The notes below the pieces were generated by a model. It had not been told where the DNA came from and did not search any database. It saw nothing but the letters and a program-made list of their open reading frames with translations. A stretch of 64,000 nt of DNA from the NCBI GenBank assembly GCA_963696385.1, contig CAVOKF010000005.1, positions 1,088,001 through 1,152,000 on the forward strand, in the 5' to 3' direction. Made by a program: the position numbers and the translations under genes. Origin of the DNA: an uncultured delta proteobacterium (lineage in GTDB: Bacteria; Myxococcota_A; Polyangia; Polyangiales; Polyangiaceae). This document shows, in pieces, positions 59,597 to 64,000 of this stretch; within the stretch, counting starts at the first letter, position 1; each line of letters starts with the position of its first letter.

Positions 59597-61723
59597 TCAT
59601 CGGGGCGTCGCGGCCTTGCGGTGTGGCCGCCAGGCCGTCGAGCGATCGCGGCCGGAACGTTTCGACACGTACAAGGCGTCATCGGCCGCCTTGAAAAGCG
59701 ATTCCCAGTCACGGCCGGCTTCCGGAAGGGTCGCGACACCCACGGAGCATGTCACCGAGACGACGCCGTTCGGCGCGCGGAAAAGCGTTTTGCCCAGCTC
59801 GTCGCGAATGCGCTCGGCGAGTAGCATCGCGCCTTTTTCGTCCGTCTGCTCGCACAGGACGACGAATTCCTCGCCCCCAAACCGGGCCACCACGTCCGTC
59901 GAGCGCTTCTGCCGCTTGAGGACGTCGCCCAAGCCTCGAATGACGACGTCGCCGACGTCGTGACCGTGCGTGTCATTGACCCGCTTGAAATGGTCGATGT
60001 CGACCACCAGCACGGACAGCTTGCGGCCGAACCTCGTTGCGGCCGCGATCTTCTGCGCGGCCGCGTCGAGCATCGCGCGCTTGTTGAAAAGCGACGTCAG
60101 CCCGTCTGTGGTGGCCATGGTCTCGAGCTTGTGCACCATCCGCGCATTCGAAAGGCTCACAGCGAGATGGCTGGCCAACACTTCGAGCGTGGGGCGCACC
60201 GAGTCGCCGAACGCGTGGCGCCGCTTGGCGCCCAAAATCAGCGTTCCGAGCGCTCGGTCATGGATGACGAGCGGCAACACGAGCAGGCTCGGGTAGGACG
60301 GCCACGGGACGCGCTTGCTTAGGACGACCTTTTGGCCCCCCTCGTGCTCGCCCCGATACGGCAAGGGGCACCGGTTCTGAACCACCATCGAGACAAGGCC
60401 GGCATTGTGCGCAAATCGGATGCCGACCAAGTCGTCGATCTCGCCCCGCGAACTCTTCGCGGCAACGACTTCGTGCGATCTCGCCACATCATCGAAAACC
60501 GTGACAGCCGCAACGTCGAAGCTTGCGATTTCGCGTGCCGCTTTCACCCCAGCTTCGACGACGTCCTTCTCGCTCAGGGCTGCCCCAAGCGACTGCGCCG
60601 CACGATAGAGCTTGCCTTGCTCGACCTTCGCGCGCTCCAGTTGCAGAAATACTCGCTCATTCTGAATCGCCCGCAGGCAGAATCGCGCGGCCTGGGCGGC
60701 GACCTCTTCCTCGTGCGGCGTAAATGGCGTGTTCTCCTTTCGATCGACCACCAAGACGCCGCGCAGGGTCTCGGAATCGAGCACCGGGATTGCCAAGAGC
60801 GCTCGAATCGGGCAAGGGGTGACGTAGTAGGGTACTTTGAACGAAGCTTTCAACCCGTGGAGAGAGACCCGCGCGCGATGGGACAACACAGCTCCGAGCA
60901 CACCATCGCCCGCCGGGATCGGTGCGTCGCGCACGTCGTCGGAGGTCGTCGAAAGCTCGCTGATTCGAAGATGCGTGCCAGCGTCGTTCAGCCAGAGGAG
61001 CACCGCGGTATGCAGATCGAGCGAGCGTCGCAAAAGGTCGAGCGCGTAATGGACCGACTGATGGATCTCCTCGACGCTCGCTCGGGCCAATCGGTCGTTT
61101 CTCGCTTCGTCCCGATCGCCGTTCTCGCCCGCGCCGAGCAAGCGGTAGCTTCGCGCGTCCTCTTTGAGTCGAACGAGCTGAGCCTCGAGTCGGGCGCGCG
61201 CCGTAGCGCGAACGCGAGCGACCTCCGCGCGCAATAGCAGAAGGTTGACGAGCGCGAAGGCGGCATAGAATGCCGCGTGCAGGCACATGGACGACAGGGC
61301 TTCCTTGCCGGAGCCGAAGTGCAGAGCCGCTTCGAGTCCGACCACCCAGACGATGACGAGGGCGCTGGCGAGTGGCCGAGCGAAAGCGGCGAGGAACGCA
61401 ATGAAGACGTAGAGCAGCGGCGACATTCGACCGCTCAGACCTCCGTCGAACCGCACGAGCGCGGCCTCGATCGCCGTCGCGATCAACACGCCGATCTCGA
61501 AATCGAGCAGTACGCTCGCGTCGCCCGTTTCGCGCAGCTTGCGACGAACGCGGATCCCGATCAGAACGGCCCAGAACCCGACGGCCGTCGCAAGGCCGGG
61601 ACCGATGTCGGCGCGGGCTCCGCCCAGAGCGAAATACGCGCCGAGAGCACAGGCTCCGAGCGACCCGTGACCGCGCCGGAGCAGCGTGCGCAGCGCGAGC
61701 GACGCCCGGACGAGCGGTTCCAT
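59597..61723 (-). CDS. Membrane-anchored GAF-GAF-GGDEF diguanylate cyclase
   Basis: N-terminal TM helices; two GAF-like segments; TDGLT, DIDHFKRVND, intact I-site RSTD, RFGGEEF. Confidence 0.93.
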   Translation of the reverse strand: MEPLVRASLALRTLLRRGHGSLGACALGAYFALGGARADIGPGLATAVGFWAVLIGIRVRRKLRETGDASVLLDFEIGVLIATAIEAALVRFDGGLSGRMSPLLYVFIAFLAAFARPLASALVIVWVVGLEAALHFGSGKEALSSMCLHAAFYAAFALVNLLLLRAEVARVRATARARLEAQLVRLKEDARSYRLLGAGENGDRDEARNDRLARASVEEIHQSVHYALDLLRRSLDLHTAVLLWLNDAGTHLRISELSTTSDDVRDAPIPAGDGVLGAVLSHRARVSLHGLKASFKVPYYVTPCPIRALLAIPVLDSETLRGVLVVDRKENTPFTPHEEEVAAQAARFCLRAIQNERVFLQLERAKVEQGKLYRAAQSLGAALSEKDVVEAGVKAAREIASFDVAAVTVFDDVARSHEVVAAKSSRGEIDDLVGIRFAHNAGLVSMVVQNRCPLPYRGEHEGGQKVVLSKRVPWPSYPSLLVLPLVIHDRALGTLILGAKRRHAFGDSVRPTLEVLASHLAVSLSNARMVHKLETMATTDGLTSLFNKRAMLDAAAQKIAAATRFGRKLSVLVVDIDHFKRVNDTHGHDVGDVVIRGLGDVLKRQKRSTDVVARFGGEEFVVLCEQTDEKGAMLLAERIRDELGKTLFRAPNGVVSVTCSVGVATLPEAGRDWESLFKAADDALYVSKRSGRDRSTAWRPHRKAATPR

Positions 61724-61837
61724 CGCAACGACAGCTACCGGAGCGAATCTTGCGGGGGCAACAAAGCGTTGAACGAGGCGGAGTCCGGCCCGGGATTAGC
61801 CGATGCATCGAACCTGTCCTATGGATGGTCGGCCGTG

Positions 61838-62788
61838 ATGTCGCCCGCGCCTTTGCCTTCCAGGCCGCGCCCCGTGGTCACCACACCCACAGGCGGCGAT
61901 CGACGGGTGCCAGCCAACTGGCTGGACGAGGCGCCCGTCACGCGCGCGCTTCTCGCGCTCAACGTCGCCGTGTTCGCCATGCAGGTGGCCCTCGCGCACC
62001 AGGTGGCCCACCTGCCGGTGCGCGAGGGGCTTGAGCTCGGCGCGAGCTATGGCATGGCCACCGTGGGTGAGTATCGGTGGGAAACCCTCCTTACCGCGTG
62101 CTTTCTCCACGACGGGGTGGTTCACCTCGGGTTCAACATGCTCGCCTTGTGGCAAGCAGGCCCGCTCGTCGAACGCTCCGTCGGGTCGGCCCGCATGGCT
62201 CCCTTGTATTTGGCTGCCGGAGCCTTCGGCAATGTCCTGAGTGTCGGCTACGGATGGGTCCATCGCTCGGACGCTTTCAGCGTCGGCGCCTCCGGCGCTA
62301 TCTCGGGCGTCATCGCCGCGGCGGTCGTCGTCGGATGGCGGGTGCAGGGTTGGCGCGGACCGCTCACGCAAGCGATGCTCCGATGGCTAGCCTTCGTCAT
62401 CGGCTTCGGTGTGCTGTCGAACTTGAGCGGCGGCCGGATCGACAACGCGGCCCACGTGGGGGGGGCGGCTGCGGGCGCCGCCATAGCGCTCACCTGGCGT
62501 GTGGGCCGCCGCTATTCCGAGCGTGCGGCCACCGCGATCCTGGCGGCGTGTGCGGCTGCCCTCGTTGCATGCATCGCGGTGGTCGCGTGGCACGATCGAA
62601 CCGACCGCTTCGCGACGTGGATGCTCCAGGACCGGAAGGAGTTTACGCTCGAGGCCATCGAGGAGGGCCGCTGCAGCGACGCACAGGCCGGCTTGCTGGC
62701 CGTCGAGCGGCTTCGCGCTCCCATGGCGCCCGTCACGTCGCTTCGAAACCGGGTCGTGAGTACCTGTGGGCACTTGACGGATCACTGA
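61838..62788 (+). CDS. Rhomboid intramembrane serine protease
   Basis: FLHDGVVHLGFNM, VGASGAIS, DNAAHVGG. Confidence 0.9.
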   Translation: MSPAPLPSRPRPVVTTPTGGDRRVPANWLDEAPVTRALLALNVAVFAMQVALAHQVAHLPVREGLELGASYGMATVGEYRWETLLTACFLHDGVVHLGFNMLALWQAGPLVERSVGSARMAPLYLAAGAFGNVLSVGYGWVHRSDAFSVGASGAISGVIAAAVVVGWRVQGWRGPLTQAMLRWLAFVIGFGVLSNLSGGRIDNAAHVGGAAAGAAIALTWRVGRRYSERAATAILAACAAALVACIAVVAWHDRTDRFATWMLQDRKEFTLEAIEEGRCSDAQAGLLAVERLRAPMAPVTSLRNRVVSTCGHLTDH

Positions 62789-62831
62789 ACCCCTTCCGCC
62801 GATCGCCACATCGTGTGAATCTCGGCCCCCC

Positions 62832-64000
62832 ATGCCTTTCGAGCATCGGCATCACGCCCGTTGTGTTTGCGCCGGCGCCGGCTTCGCGGAGCACGCACTC
62901 GCCGGGCGCCCATTTGCCTTTCCGTCGACCTCGCGCCATTTCGAGCGCGACCGACCCTTTGCCATCGATCATCTCGCGCTCGAGATCGCGCTCGACGTTG
63001 CCGACCGGAGCATTCGGGCGACCGCGACGCTCGACGTGCGGCGCATCGATCCGTCGGTCGAGGAGCTCCCGCTCGATGCCGTCGGATTCGACGTTCGCGA
63101 CGTCGCTGTCGACGGTCGGTCCACGATTTGGCAGTACGACGGCAGGGTTCTACGAATTCCGTGGGATGCCGGTCGGGGCCGGGCCTCCGTCGTCGTGACC
63201 TACCGGGCAACGCCGAGGCGGGGTCTCTACTTCATCGAGCCCGACGAACACTATCCGGATCGGCCGCGCCAAGTGTGGTCGCAGTGCCAGGAGGAGGACG
63301 CACGGCACTGGATCCCCTGCCACGATAGCCCGCATCTAAAGATGACCACCGAGATCACCGCTCGCGTCCCGGCGGGCTGGTATGCGCTGTCGAACGGGCT
63401 ACTCGTATCGAACGACAGGCCGGCGACCGGCGACTGGACGTACCACTGGAAGATGCAAGACCCGCACGCCAGCTATCTCGTCACGCTCGTGGCTGGCGAG
63501 TTCGCTGCGGTCGTCGACGAGGTGACGCTCGGCGGTCGGGCCATTCCCATCTCGTACCTCGTTCCCAAAGGGCGCGAAGGCGACGTCCCACGCACTTTCG
63601 GCCGCACTCCGGCGATGATCCAGCACTTCAGCGCGGTCACGGGTGTGGCCTACCCCTGGAACAAGTACGCGCAGATTGTCGTGGCCGACTTCATCTTCGG
63701 CGGCATGGAAAACACGACCGCAACGACGCTCTACCAGCACATCTTGCTCGACGAACGCGCCGCTCTCGACGTCGGATCGGACGATCTGGTGGCTCACGAG
63801 CTCGCGCACCAGTGGTTCGGCGACTACGTCACGTGTCGTGCCTGGTACGAAGGTTGGCTCAACGAAGGCTTTGCGACATTCTTCGAGCACGTTTGGCGCG
63901 AGAAGGACCTGGGCGCAGATGAGTACGCCTACGGGGTGAAGGCCGATCTCGACCAATACGTTGCGGAGGCGCAGGGCCGTTACCGGCGGCCGATCGTCTG
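62832..64000 (+). CDS. M1-family aminopeptidase (PepN-like), 3' partial
   Basis: Manual translation from ATG 62832 (no stop before the edge, so absent from the ORF track): WIPCHD, ALSNG, GGMEN, HELAHQWFGD, WLNEG. Confidence 0.93.
   Translation, partial: MPFEHRHHARCVCAGAGFAEHALAGRPFAFPSTSRHFERDRPFAIDHLALEIALDVADRSIRATATLDVRRIDPSVEELPLDAVGFDVRDVAVDGRSTIWQYDGRVLRIPWDAGRGRASVVVTYRATPRRGLYFIEPDEHYPDRPRQVWSQCQEEDARHWIPCHDSPHLKMTTEITARVPAGWYALSNGLLVSNDRPATGDWTYHWKMQDPHASYLVTLVAGEFAAVVDEVTLGGRAIPISYLVPKGREGDVPRTFGRTPAMIQHFSAVTGVAYPWNKYAQIVVADFIFGGMENTTATTLYQHILLDERAALDVGSDDLVAHELAHQWFGDYVTCRAWYEGWLNEGFATFFEHVWREKDLGADEYAYGVKADLDQYVAEAQGRYRRPIV

Overview
High-GC, gene-dense core-chromosome segment. 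Gene content points to a myxobacterium, probably Polyangiaceae-like (inference from TSP3-OmpA proteins, a zinc-ribbon/GYF GltJ-like protein, an MXAN_5187-type protein, FHA proteins and a HEAT-containing che cluster). About 55 CDS are supported. They include an NtrC-type regulator, NamZ-like hydrolase, divergent purL/purQ, an E2 acyltransferase, rsmB, rseP, lpxK, two diguanylate cyclases and a class-III aminotransferase-LuxE-LuxC-like triplet. Also present are rpmH-rnpA-yidD-yidC-jag (no dnaA next to it), a block of envelope-spanning proteins, an MCP-less cheY-cheA-cheW-cheW-HEAT-cheR-cheB operon running into ruvB and a split histidine-kinase pair, trxB, a triheme cytochrome c lipoprotein, lexA with a clear promoter and operator, two rhomboids and a partial M1 aminopeptidase. 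I saw no tRNA, rRNA, CRISPR array or mobile element. Four genes carry single +1 base duplications (probably sequencing errors) and one has an in-frame TGA. Best leads: a candidate sRNA with a C-rich loop (about 3020-3175), the luciferase-free aminotransferase/LuxE/LuxC module (possible fatty-amine pathway), the receptor-less chemosensory operon with the split kinase, and the envelope block. All product calls come from motif recognition by eye; no database search was run.
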